A DNA stretch of 64,000 bases from Eledone cirrhosa. Its lineage: Eukaryota. Under the pieces are notes generated by a model that ran no database searches, was not told the DNA's origin, and was given only the letters and a program-made list of their open reading frames with translations. Position numbers and translations under genes: made by a program. The stretch is from NCBI GenBank assembly GCA_964016885.1, contig OZ024740.1:183458001-183522000 (forward strand), read 5' to 3'. Of the stretch, positions 1 through 12,429 are shown one piece after another (position 1 is the stretch's first letter; the number at the start of each line of letters is the position of its first letter).

Positions 1-199
1 GGTATTTAAGTATATTCTGAATTTAAATTCTGGTGGGGCTAACTTTTACAGCATCGATAAAATAGCTACCAGCTAAACAGTGGGATTGATTTAATGGACT
101 ACACCTCACTCACAAATTTTGTTGAATGTTGCCTGCATTTAAAATCCTTAATTAATTAATTAATTAGGTATGGTAGTTGATAGTTCTTTTTCTCAATGA

Positions 200-420
200 G
201 GCCAGAGTCATCCTAAGCCAGCAATCCCAAACCATCATCATGCATAGTGTCGACAAGATCCACCAGTGCTCTCCATCACTGGCAGTCCCATACCAGCTTC
301 TCTGCATCCTCTAAGGTGATGTTGATCTGCCAAAGATCTTTCCTGATGATATCCAGCCATCTGAGGTGGGGCCTGCCGTACGGCTTCTTCCAACCTGCAG
401 CCTCTGCATCGAATGGGAGC
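200..420 (-). mobile_element. 3' end fragment of an RTE-like LINE
   Basis: Minus-strand translation FDAEAAGWKKPYGRPHLRWLDIIRKDLWQINITLEDAEKLVWDCQ*WRALV matches the GRP..RW.D...D....W C-terminal pattern of RTE-type ORFs. Confidence 0.6.
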
Positions 421-1429
421 TGATAGTAGAAAATGATGGATTATGATATTGAGTTATGTCCCTTTACATTTTGTATTCAAATTCTACCGATGTCAATACT
501 GCCTTTATATCTTCCTATGCCAATGAAATAATTACCAGTAATAAAGCAGTCTTAGGTGAATAATCTTAAGGTTAAAGATAGTGTGAAAGATAACTCAACA
601 ATGTGATACATGGACATTGAGAGAATGAGGGTTAGAGGAAGAGTGGTGGTGGAAGTGGGAGGGATGGGGGAGAAGTAGGGATGAGAGGAGTATAAAGTGG
701 GTATCTTTACCATATTCTAAAATAGAGTCACCTGTTAATAATAGTTAGTTATTTTAAAGCCTAGAGATGCATCAGAAGTTTATTTCAATTTCATGTGATG
801 TTAAGCATCAATGAATAAAGGTATTCCATATCCCTGTGACGGAGACACCAGTCTGTTACAAGGTTAATCTCTATCAGCTGCCAGTACTCTTTTTTTCAAT
901 GTGAAATGAACTGCTTTGCTCAAAGACAAACTGCTATCTTGACTGAATTGAACCTATAACCTCATGATCATGAGCCCAACAACTTATCCACTAGGCAACA
1001 TGCCTTTACATGAAGCTTAATATCCAAGTTATTAAGTATGGATGAAAGTCTCTCAAAAGATTATCGAAAGATTTAGAAATCACAGGTATCAATATCGTTT
1101 TCTATTTAGTTTTTGAAGGCTGAATACCATTGTTGAATAGTATAGAGAATGAAAATTGAGTAATCCTTTCATCAATCTGTTTGACTCTAACCAAATTCCA
1201 TGGTTGACAAGTATCAAACTGAAAACTGTTGTGTTCTTGTCTATTATAGGCGTTGAATAAAGCTATTGCATAAAGCATTAGATAAAGCCATGCATACAAA
1301 CATTGTACAAAGCAATTCTTCACATTTCCCTTTCATAGACATCTACTTTGATTTAATTACATTGAGATATTTGTTGAAAAGTCTTCTAAGAATTCATGCA
1401 TTATCTTTATCATTATACTTTCCTAATGC

Positions 1430-1460
<31 letters not shown>

Positions 1461-2600
1461 TCAAAAATATTTCACAGTTGTAGATCTTGATAACTGGTAA
1501 TAGTACCTACTGGCATGTTTTTTCACATGAGCCAAGAAGACATTGAAACCTTTTCTAACCATCACTAGACACTTTCTTATGATGTTTGCTGTTCCCAATA
1601 AGGCAGTTTGCTGTAGCATATTTAAATTGAACTTAATATGTAGCTGATGAAGGTATTTAGAGTTGTAGGGATCAATCCCAGAGCACCTATGATAATTGAA
1701 TAGTTGTATCTTATTTGTTCCACATTCTGGCTACATCTACTTTTAGATCTGAGTAATTTACTTGCTTCTCTGTTCTCTTTTCCTCTAAGAAGTGATCATC
1801 TTCACAATACATGTCTATAATCCAATTGTCATTATCCTTCTCAATCACAACAATATCAGGTCTCTAATGGTCTAGTTGTCTGTCACACTGTATTCAGGAA
1901 TCCCACAGTAACTTTGCTCTCTCATTTACCATTATAGATTCTGGGTGGTGCTGGTTACATTTTTTTAGACACTGTAATCCCGTACTGCTTGCAGATTAAC
2001 CAGTGTAGGCTTAGACACACCTTGTAGTGCCTATGCATATATTCCTTTTGTGTCAGCATAGAACACCTGCTGATGATGTGAGTGACTGTTTCTATGTATT
2101 TTCTACAAAGTCCTTATTTATTTGTGTCACCTAGATGATATATCCCATGTTTGATGGCATTTGTGTTTAGTGCTTGTCCTTGTGCTGCTCATATCAATAT
2201 TAAATCTCTCTCTCTTGAAATAACCATCTTTCAGCCAATTCTATGAGTTTTCACATTTGTTTTCTCATGTAACTCTTTCAAATTGGCCATGGAGTTTTAT
2301 GTTCAAAGATTATTCCCTCATCTCCTTGTTCAGCCTGACTCATTACTCGTCTTTTCCTTCCACAAATTCTTCTTTTATTTCTTCTTTTTGTACAGCTGCT
2401 TGTAATAAAACTTCACTGTTGTTAAACAGGTAGTGATGCAATAGCTGCAGTTCACTTGATATGCACTCTTCAACTCCTATAAGTCTGTGCTCTCCTTCGC
2501 TTCTGTTCATATACAATGTTTGTACATTTGATTTGGGGTGAAGTCCTCCAAATTTCATCAAAGGCTTCCATATGGTTCTGTTTCACATTTCGTTTACAAC
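1461..2600 (-). mobile_element. Degenerate R4/Dong-clade non-LTR retrotransposon, C-terminal part (CCHC knuckle plus restriction-like endonuclease)
   Basis: Minus strand reads GGLHPKSNVQTLYMNRSEG, then ETVTHIISRCSML..KEYMHRH, then RPDIVVIEK..IID and LQQTALLGTANIIRKV, with stops and frameshifts. It ends at a (TAA)n tract at 1431-1460. Confidence 0.8.
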
Positions 2601-4064
2601 TTCATAAGCAAAGAGTTTCATGAAGAAAATAATAATGATAATATTATTATTATTTTCTCCCAATTAAGTTGTAAAATAAATTTGAAATAGCAACACACAT
2701 GATTTAAATTGCCTCTTGCTTCACTTGATGAAAGCCTGACAATCTATGCCATCATAAATTTCACCAGACTGGAAAGTCCTATGAAGCTGATAGTCATGTC
2801 TGAAGCCATTTCCCTTCCCACTTCTTACAATTAAGAATTTGAAATATCAACAAATATGATTTAAATTGGCACAGAGTAATGGTTTGGCATGATTTGTATC
2901 ATTTATGCCATCATCAGTTTTACATACCTGAGAAATCCTATCAATGTGATCATCTCCATAGTCACCCCACATTCTTGTTTTGCTTTTTATTTTGTTTTCA
3001 GATATGTGAAATAGCAACAAACATTATTCAGATTAGTACATTGTGTTGTTTTGATAAGATTTCTATAATCTACACCCAACTTGTCTAACATACAAATATG
3101 ATAGTCATGGGCACTGCATTTTCTTCCAACTTATTTACCTTTTTACCTTATAGCTTCATGAAACTGTCTGCCTATGTGTTTGAGTTAATTTTGAAAATAA
3201 TTCAAGTATTTGATGAGATTTAGTAAAATAACTAATTCTTGCATTAATAAGCTGATATTTTGAATGTTACTAAACAGAAATATGCAGTTTTACATCTTCA
3301 AACCAAATTGGTTTCAGACTGTTTGGTATCAAAACTATGAATATTTTTACCAAATGTAAAATAGCAATAAATATGAATGGAACCATAGTCAGTGACTCGG
3401 TCAGCTGAGAGCTTTACAACCTATGCCAAAATTCTCACCACTGGCCAATATCATGTACATCATATGTATCGTAAACACTAATAACAGTTATCTAGTGAAC
3501 AATTATAGTACACAACATATGTGCGTATATTAATCACTAATTCTTGGTACGCAAACTATAGCTAATGGCTATATTTTGTGTACTTTTTCAGTTTATCTTT
3601 CTTTCCTATTTATCCTTTTTCTTTTAGATTCTTCTTACATTGTAATTGCTTACTAGAAAAATTATCATTAAATAGACATTTTGGGAAATAATACTCAGTG
3701 TCATATGACCTTAGAAATGTATTAAAGAATTATGCTTGCCAATTCTCAGCATGATTCTGCTGTATCAACTATCTGAGGACAATATATTGTAGTTATTTCC
3801 ACTGGTTCTCTAGACTACTTTCTCATTTCTATTTTCCATCTCTATTTGTTCTTCAGACAATTTTCGTGCTACATTTGGTTTTCTTGTATTCGCCGTATAA
3901 CCTTTCATTTAACCAATTTCACACTAGCCTTCTTCAACTTTCACCAATACCTCTCAGTTATGAAAGAAATGTACAGAGATACATACATACACACACAGAG
4001 TCTTATATAAATACATCATATATATATATATATACAAAAATAACCAGCTTTTTAAGGCTATTTT

Positions 4065-4495
4065 TCATACTGAAACAGATATTCTCCTGCAGCCATCACT
4101 TTACGATGCTACTTACAACACACATATTCTAAACTGGATATACAGAGCTACCTACTCTTTCTGTCTCTCTCTTGGCATCAGGTAGAAGGACATCATCACC
4201 AACAAAGAAGTCTGTCAACGAACCCACCAGGAACGTGTGTCTAACATCATGTGAAAGTGTTGACCTGGATGGTTGGGACATGTCATATGGCTCCCAAGTA
4301 AGAGGACATGCTAATCAGGTCATGTATTAGTACCACCATGGAAGGAGGTGAAGAGAACATGCCAGATAAACTGGTGGCAGACAATCGAAAGCCCATTGAT
4401 AAAAGTTGGAATGATGTATTGATAGATGCCACTGATGTGGTCATTTGAGAACTTTGGCTGCCTCATGTGTCTCAAGACGGGAGCTTCTAAGTTTA
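4065..4495 (+). mobile_element. Degenerate RTE-like LINE 3' fragment
   Basis: Reads LLGIR*KDIITNKEVCQR...GWLGHV, typical of the post-RT region of RTE-type LINEs; many stops. Confidence 0.5.
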
Positions 4496-4930
4496 CGTTT
4501 TCCCTCTCTCTCTCTTTCCATATATATATATGGAAAGAGAGAGAGAAAACATAAACCTAGAAGCTCCTTATATATGAGACGAATTGGTAGATTTGTTAAA
4601 AGGTTGGATAGAATGCTTTACGTTATTCGTCCCCCCTCATTGTGTGCATTGAGTTCAAATCCCAGCGTGGTCAACTTTGTCTTTCATTCTTTCAAAGTCG
4701 ATACAAAAAAGTAGCAGTCCAGGACTGGAGCTGATTCTTTCTCTATAGAAAAATCTACTGTGTTCAGACCTGGACAGTGTTGGGATCTACCAGGTTTAGA
4801 AGTGCCCTAGACATGCCGTATGACAGTGCCTCTACGACTCCACAAGCATCTATGGGATCTTTATCCTTGATCCTTTATATATATCATCATCATCATTTTA
4901 CGTCCGCTTTTCCCTGCTTCCAAGGGTGGG

Positions 4931-4974
<44 letters not shown>

Positions 4975-4984
4975 AACCAGTAAG

Positions 4985-5078
4985 GCCCCGACGGCTGAGC
5001 TCAAGCCGTTTCGACGGCTAATTCTGGACTAAATAAAAATTTATCCTGGTATTTAAATAGCCGAGCTTCTCAAGGGGT
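4985..5078 (-). ncRNA. Type-I hammerhead ribozyme, U3-A8 core variant (inverted copy)
   Basis: Reverse complement of the motif at 9896-9989. Confidence 0.72.
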
Positions 5079-5173
5079 AATTCAATATATGGTCAAAGTG
5101 ATTGACAAAAGTTACTAGTAATTCTGTGATGGCAAATTAGTAGGGGAGACAGTGGCTAAACCTCCCAGTAGGA

Positions 5174-6540
5174 CTTACCTCGCCCTCAAACCCCATAATG
5201 CCCCCCGGGGGGGGGGGGGGTAGACTAGGGCTATAACACCCCACTTTCCGATTTTGCAATGGGTAACCCCTGCTTGCCAAGGGAGACGTAAGATCTTTCT
5301 ATTCTTTTATCGCTTCCTTTATTTCCTTCTTCCCCCCCATCCCTCCTTAGTCCTTCTACCCCAGTTCTTCTTTGTCGGCGTCTTTTTCTCGCCCACCCGA
5401 GGCTGCCCTTTACTCCCCTGTAGCCTCAGTACCCCCAACCTCCCCTAGTCTATGATAGATTTGGCGGACTCCGCTTTTTATAACAGTTGTGTTAGACCTC
5501 GGATACTTGCCCCCTTTTCCAACCGCTCCCCCTTTTTTCCGTGCCTTATATATTTCTTAGTGGCACTTATGCCTTAATTTCTCGTTTCAGTATTTCTTTC
5601 TTCTCTTTTCTTTTGGGCGGGGTGGATTCTGAATTTATTTTTCCGTATTCTACCTTTACTTCGTACGAACTTTCATGTAGCCTCTATAAGAACTTTTGTA
5701 GCGTGGCGGTACCTTTAGAGTTAGCATTAGTATATATTTTTCGGGACTCAGAATTATTATCTCGCACTAGTTTACTTTTCTGCGCTGGGTGGTTGCTGGC
5801 CTTGTGCCCGGGTAGAAACCTTTATTATTTATTTCGCGGTAGTGTCTTTAGTATTTTGGCCCCATTTGTTGACCCGTCACCGTATGATTTACGTACTTAT
5901 ACCTCTTAAAAGGGTCCTTTCCTATTCCGTCCCACCTAGTTTATTTACTTATTTCGTTATTTCTTTATTTATTTCTTTATTTCCTTCTTTATTTATTTAT
6001 TTATTTATCTAGCCTAACAATAGCTAGAGACTTAGGTCGTAGAACTTGCTTATATATTCTTTTTTCTTTACACTTATTCGCTTTTCATCACTCTCAGTAT
6101 TTTTTCTTTCATAGATATATTTTCACCCCTCATTGTTCTACCTACCGTTTCGACTTCCTCCCCCGTCCCCCTACCCAGTATCTTCTTTGACCTCATGCCC
6201 AGCTGTAGCCGGCACTACCAACGCATGATTGGGTCTACTCCACCCCCTCCCCCTTTTTCTCCTACTGGCAGGTTTAGCCACTATCTCCCCTATTATTTGC
6301 CATCACAGAAATACTACTAACTTTTGACAATCACTTTGACCATATATGGAATTATCCCTTGAGAAGCTCGGCTATCTAAATACCAGAATAAATTTTCATT
6401 TAGTCCAGAATTAGCCGTCGAAACGGCTTGAGCTCAGCCGTCGGGGTCTTACTGGTACCTATTACCCTCTCTACTACCCTAAGTATTGAGTACTTTGGTG
6501 CGTTACGGTCCACCTGGTTCTTTACCACATTTCCTTCGTT
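5174..6540 (+). repeat. Upstream pseudo-LTR of the PLE (begins with the last codons of the ORF)
   Basis: Near-identical to 8723-10082, from cttacctcgccctcaaacccc to ccacatttccttcgtt. Confidence 0.92.
6356..6447 (+). ncRNA. Type-I hammerhead ribozyme, U3-A8 core variant
   Basis: ccc-TTGAGAA-G..cggcta...tagccg..C-GAAA-cggct tgagctc agccg-TC-gggg. Predicted cleavage after C6442. Confidence 0.72.
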
Positions 6541-6632
6541 TTCTAGCTCCTATCCCCATAGTAGTGCACTTTCCGACCCTACCACGCCGTATCCAGACTT
6601 TTCCGCTAAGCTCAATTTCTTTCACCCGCACC

Positions 6633-8772
6633 ATGCGAAAACACAACATCGACTTCTCTACATAGAACATCCCAATCCCACCGAAAAAAATTTACCTTCG
6701 GATGCTCACGCAAAAATCGATCTATTTGCGAAAAGACTTAGCTGGAGAACTTTTTTCCATGACATATATTGCGACAACCAGGACTTTATTACATACAAAT
6801 CTCCCCTCCCCCGAACCCTTTGCTCTCACCCTTCGAGAATGACATCTTCCAACTGGTCAAGAACATTAAATTCAAACCCAGACACAGCCGATTCCTACAA
6901 AAACTCCGTAGCAACTTAACAGAGTATGATAACAACAATGACATCATGGTTCATTCGGATAAAACTGGGAACCTATACTTTGTCAACCCTGACAGATACC
7001 ACACACTGATCAGGAGCAGCCTAAACTCCACCTATAAAAAGGCCAACCACTAATGCATCGAGGACATATATCGAGATGGACAACAAATTACCTCCAGTCT
7101 CGGGTTCGCCGACCGCACGGAACCCCTAGACCCACGGACACCATACTTCACACTGAAGGACCATAAATCCGATTTTGACCGTAAACCCTCTATCAGGCTC
7201 ATTAACCCAACGAAGTCCGACATAGGGAAAATCAGCAAAAAAATCCTAGACCGCGTGATACCAAATGTCAAGCAACACGCCCGACTTAGCCTATGGATCA
7301 ACACCCAGGAAGTAATCTCATGGTTCAGCAATATGGAGGATAAACGAGACACTAAATTCATACAGTTCGACATAGAGAGCTACTATGCTTCAATCACCTT
7401 ACCGCTACTTACTGCTGCCTTGGACTTCGCCGAAACACTTGTGCCCATAACCGACCAGGAAAGAAAAATCATCCTCCACGCCAGGAAGACAGACTTACTC
7501 TTTGACAACTCTATATGGATAAAAAGAGCTCCCGACTCACCCTTCGACGTCAGCATGGGCGCCACGGATTCGGCGGAGGTCACAGATCTTATAGGATTAT
7601 TCCTAATAGCCAAACTCACCGATATGTTTCCTGCATTCGGTGGCGGATTGTACCGCGATGATGGGCTCCTTACCCTTAAAGGGTAGAACCCCAGTAGTAC
7701 AGATCGGGTCCGGAAACAATTAATCAGCTTCTTCCGCGACTGGGGATTTAAAATAACCCTACAAACGTCCCTGACCCGAGTAAACTTCCTGGACGTGACC
7801 CTCGACCTCGAAAACGACCTGTACTACCCATACAGGAAACCTAATGACAACCTGCACTACATCCACCGCCGATCAAACCATCCTAGGAACATCACCAACA
7901 ACCTGGTCAAAAACATCTCCCTCCGCATATCCCGTTTGTCAGCTAATGAGCTGATATTCGATGAATATGCGCCTTATTACAACCAGGCCCTCAAGCGGAG
8001 TGGTTTCCGGGAGGAAATATCCTACTGTCCAGCTCCCATTAGCGGGACCAGCAGGAGACACCGCCGATCACGCAATGTAACATGGTTCAATCCTACCCAC
8101 AACACAGAGGTGACAACTCCCATCGGGAAAATATTCTTTAGGCTCATTGAAAAACACTTCCCACAACAACACCGCTACCACAACATAATTAACAAAAATA
8201 CCATCAAACTCTCTTACAGCACTACACCAAACTTCGCACATAACATCGTCTCCTCTAACTACAAAAAACTCTACCTCGATGGAAGAAATAACCTAAATAG
8301 CAGTGGAGAGCCGACCAGGAGGTGCAACTGTCCGGATAGATCCATTTGCCCACTCGACAATAGATGCAGAGACCAAAATGTGATCTACCAGTGAGACGTG
8401 AGGACGGACACCTCCAACAAAGCTTATATAGGACTAACCGCATGTGACTTCAAGACCCGGCTATACCAACATAGACATACCTTCCGAAACCCGGCCCGAC
8501 GTCACGCCACTACACTTTCGGGCCACATATGGGACCTCAAGGACAACAACATCACCTATGATCTCACTTGGAGATTACTGTCCAGAGCCAACTCTTACAC
8601 GGGAGGACGCCGTCCGTGCAATTTATGCTCGGAGGAAACTTTACAAATGTTGTTTTCGACGGACCAACTCCTAAACAAGAAAGATGAACTGGTTACTGCA
8701 TGTAAACGAAGATTGCGTAGGGCTTACCTCGCCCTCAAACCCCATAATGTCCCGGGGGGGGGGGTAGACTAG
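6633..8772 (+). pseudogene. PLE reverse transcriptase / GIY-YIG endonuclease ORF, disrupted
   Basis: ATG at 6633 (MRKHNIDFST*NIPIP). Motifs: SDKTGNLY, FIQFDIESYYASI, FDVSMGATDSAEV, GLYRDDGL, NFLDVTLDL, YIHRRSNHP, WFNP, CNC-x5-CPL-x3-C, VIY..YIGLT..FKTRLYQH, CNLC. Lesions: stops at 6663, 7051, 7684, TGA at 8392 and two early frameshifts. Confidence 0.92.
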
Positions 8773-10081
8773 GGCTATAACACCCCACTTGCCGATTTTG
8801 CAATGGGTACCCCTGCTTGCCAAGGGAGACGTAAGATCTTTCTATTCTTTTATCGCTACCTTTATTTCCTTCTTCCCCCTATCCCTCTTTAGTCCTTCTA
8901 CCCCAGTTCTTCTTTGTCGGCGTCTTTTTCTCGCCCACCCGAGGCTGCCCTTTGGCCCCCTGTAGCCTCAGTACCCCCACTCCTCCCCTAGTCTATGATA
9001 GATTTGGCGGACTCCGATTTTTATAGCAGTTGTGTTAGACCTCGGATACTTGCGCCCTTTTCCGACCACTCCTCCTTTTTTCCGTGCCTTATATATTTCT
9101 TAGTGGCACTTATGCCTTAATTTCTCGTTTCAGTATTTCTTTCTTCTCTTTTCTTTTGGGCGGGGTGGATTCCGAATTTATTTTTCCGTATTCTACATTT
9201 ACTTCGTACGAACTTTCATGTAGCTTCTATAAGAACTTTTGTAGCGTGGCGGTACCTTTAGAGTTAGCATTAGTATATATTTTTCGGGACTCAGAATTAT
9301 TATCTCGCACTAGTTTACTTTTCTGCACTGGGTGGTTGCTGGCCTTGTGCCCGGGGTAGAAATCTTTATTATTTATTTCGTGGTAGTTTCTTTAGTATTT
9401 TGGCCCCATTTGTTGACCCGTCACCGTATGATTTACGTACTTATACCTCTTAAAAGGGTCCTTTCCTATTCCGTCCCACCTAGTTTATTTACTTATTTCG
9501 TTATTTCTTTATTTCTTTCTTTATTTCCTTCTTTATCTATTTATTTATTTATCTAGCCTAACAATAGCTAGAGACTTAGGTCATAGAACTTGCTTATATA
9601 TTCTTTTTTCTTTACACTTATTCGCTTTTCATCACTCTCAGTATTTTTTCTTTCATAGATATATTTTCACCCCTCATTGTTCTACCTACCGTTTCGACTT
9701 CCCCCCTCCCCCTCCCCATTATCTTCTTTGACCTCGTGCCCAGCTGTAGCCGGCACTACCAACGTATGATTGGGTCTACTCCCCCCCCTCCCTGTTTTTC
9801 TCCTACTGGCAGGTTTAGTCACTATCTCCCCTACTAATTTGCCATCACAAAATTACTACTAACTTTTGACAATCACTTTGACCATATATGGAATTACCCC
9901 TTGAGAAGCTCGGCTATTTAAATACCAGGATAAATTTTCATTTAGTCCAGAATTAGCCGTCGAAACGGCTTGAGCTCAGCCGTCGGGGTCTTACTGGTTC
10001 CTATTACCCACTCTACTACCCTAAGTATTGAGTACTTTGGTGCATTATGGTCCACCTGGTTCCTTACCACATTTCCTTCGT

Positions 10082-10082
<1 letters not shown>
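8723..10082 (+). repeat. Downstream pseudo-LTR of the PLE
   Basis: Near-identical to 5174-6540 with scattered substitutions and small indels. Confidence 0.92.
9896..9989 (+). ncRNA. Type-I hammerhead ribozyme, U3-A8 core variant
   Basis: Helix I acccc/ggggt, core TTGAGAA...GAAA, stem II cggcta/tagccg, stem III acggct/agccgt, GUC site at 9982-9984. Confidence 0.78.
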
Positions 10083-10112
<30 letters not shown>

Positions 10113-10404
10113 ATTTGTGTGTGTGTATGTAAGTATGTGTCTCAGTGTATATATATATATATGATTTGGTATGAGTTGATAAATAAATTAATAATTTTAT
10201 ATATTTATTTATAGCTGTGAAACTACATCAAGGACCTGAGGCATAGGGTTATATGCTTAAAACACTTATCACATGAAAAACGTTACTGAAGAATATTTGG
10301 AAAATCATATCCCCCAACGCATACACCATTTATATACATATATTGTTATATATGCATACATTCACGTTTATAAATGTGAGTGTATAGGTACCTACATTCA
10401 TGTA

Positions 10405-10435
<31 letters not shown>

Positions 10436-10508
10436 CATCATCCTCTTTATCATTTTACGTTTGCTTTTCCCTGCTTGCATTAGTATATATATATATATAT
10501 ATATACTA

Positions 10509-10545
<37 letters not shown>

Positions 10546-10551
<6 letters not shown>

Positions 10552-11350
10552 TTAGTATATCTACTAACATATGCGTACAGATGTACGCTAATGCTAGAAA
10601 ATACACAGGTTATGTCATAGTATCTAGGTGGTTCAATGCAGGAGGATGCAGAACAATAATATAAAAGACGTAAAATAAGAACATTTTAAAAAATTAACTT
10701 ACTAAAATCTTCACTCCAACTAACTGTCTTTATCCCATTGCAGAAACTAATTAGTTGGAGTGAAAATTTTAGTAAGTAAGTTAATTTTTTTAAATTTTCT
10801 TCTTTTACGTCTTTTATATTATTGTTCTGCATCCTCCTGCATTGAACCACCTAGGTACTATGACATAACCTGTGTATTTTCTAGCATTAGCGTACATCTC
10901 TACGCATATGTTAGTAGATATACTAAATTCTCTATATTTATCTTCAAATTACTTATTTGTCGAGCAAACCTGCCAAAACCACTACTAATTTATTGGTGTG
11001 TTAGTAGGCTTCTGTCATCTTACCATCCCACTCCTACCGACTAGCCTCAGTGTCACGTGATTGATTCTTTAGAATCGGCCATTTGACCAGTGACAGCGAG
11101 ATTTTCAGTGCATGGAATCCAGTCCCCGCTAGCTGTTCCATTTACCGAATTATTATTATTTTTATATGAGTCCCCAGTGTCCGCGCATTGCCTGGAGACT
11201 TAGCTGAGAATAGACTCCCTGATGACGCAATGAATTCTCGACAGTTTATTACGTAACTGTCTTTATCCCATTGCAGAAACTAATTAGTTGGAGTGAAAAT
11301 GTTAGTAAGTAAGTTAATTTTTTAAAATTTTCTTATTTTACGTCTTTTAT
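10546..11350 (+). mobile_element. Non-coding PLE-type module: inverted arm plus partial tandem (533-bp period) with an HHR
   Basis: 10546-10722 is the reverse complement of about 10752-10932. 10721-10818 repeats at 11254-11350. (TA)n on both flanks. Confidence 0.8.
11214..11294 (+). ncRNA. Type-I hammerhead ribozyme with long stem II
   Basis: actcc-CTGATGA-c gcaatg..(gacagtt/aactgtc)..cattgc a-GAAA-ctaattag-TT-ggagt. Confidence 0.78.
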
Positions 11351-11984
11351 ATATATATATATATACACTATATATTTATTTCATTATACATATTTCAAGG
11401 ACACCAAAGCAAATTATGGTGCGCTTTCATCAGATAAAATATAATATAGATGACTTTTATAAACAAATATTGACATACCTTAAAGAATGCGACCATGTCG
11501 GTTGGACGCTCCCGTTTACATATATATATGTAAACGGAAAAGAATGAAACGAAATTTCATTTCTCACTCTTAGTACGGCTGATACTCAAATGTAAGTATG
11601 TATACGTACATACATATATGTATAGAGACGTACAGTAGTATGTATATATATACATACATGCACACATACCAAACAAACCGAACATTATAATAAATGTTCT
11701 CTAAACCCATACGTACACATATATATATGTGCGCATGTATGTATATCAATATACATACTACTGTACGTTTGTATACATATATGTATGTATGTATACATAC
11801 TTATATTTAAGTATCAGCCGTACTAAGAGTGAGAAATGAAATTTCGTTTCATTCTTTTCCATTTATCGTTTTCGGTTCGCCCGGCTGACTAACTCACTCG
11901 ATATGCAAATTAGGCTGCTCAACCGTTAATATGCATAAGGAAAGTATATACTTTCAAACGTTCAATCATCTGACAGGAAGGTAT

Positions 11985-12027
11985 ACGATGCTGACGATAG
12001 CTAATAAGCTTGAAACTAGTTCATCGT
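11985..12027 (+). ncRNA. Minimal type-I hammerhead ribozyme
   Basis: acgatg-CTGACGA-t agct aata agct t-GAAA-ctag-TT-catcgt. Perfect 6-bp helix I and palindromic stem III AACTAGTT. Confidence 0.85.
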
Positions 12028-12386
12028 TCCTTTGTCAGTGTTGAACAAAAGGGCAACGATGGTTGCCGAACGCTGTACGGATTAATTGGGGCTGTTTGTT
12101 TACAAAACCCATACGTATATATATATATATGTGTGTGCATGTATGAATATATATACATACTACTGTACGTCTGTATACAAATATGTATGTACGTATACAT
12201 ATTTATATTTAACTATCAGCCGTACTAAGAGTGAGAAATGAAATTTCGTTTCATTCTTTTCCATTTATCGTTTTCGGTACGCCCGGCCGACTAACTCACT
12301 CGATATGCAAATTAGGCTGCTCAACCGTTAATATGCATAAGGAAATTATATACTTTCAAACGTTCAATCATCTGACAGGATGGTAT

Positions 12387-12429
12387 ACAATGCTGACGAT
12401 AGCTAATATGCTTGAAACTAGTTCATCGT
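12387..12429 (+). ncRNA. Minimal type-I hammerhead ribozyme (second copy)
   Basis: acaatg-CTGACGA-tagctaatatgctt-GAAA-ctag-TT-catcgt; one helix I mismatch. Confidence 0.8.

Larger units (their letters stand above)
4972..10082 (+). mobile_element. Penelope-like element (Naiad-type), near full length, with tandem pseudo-LTRs and inverted 5' extension
   Basis: Direct repeats 5174-6540 and 8723-10082 flank an RT plus GIY-YIG ORF. 4972-5173 is an inverted copy of the pLTR 3' part. (TA)n lies on both flanks. Confidence 0.93.

Noticed and set aside
5541-5909. 122-aa ORF repeated at 9084-9359
   Set aside because: It lies in the pLTR, starts with GTG, is frameshifted in the second copy and has no recognisable domain.
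8772-10082. SECIS element downstream of the PLE ORF
   Set aside because: AUGA motifs near 8996 and 9428 do not give a convincing helix, apical AA and GA quartet by eye; needs SECISearch.
5174-10082. LTR retrotransposon interpretation of the 1.36-kb direct repeats
   Set aside because: No TG..CA ends, PBS, gag or integrase. The repeat overlaps the ORF end, and the enzyme is a PLE RT plus GIY-YIG.
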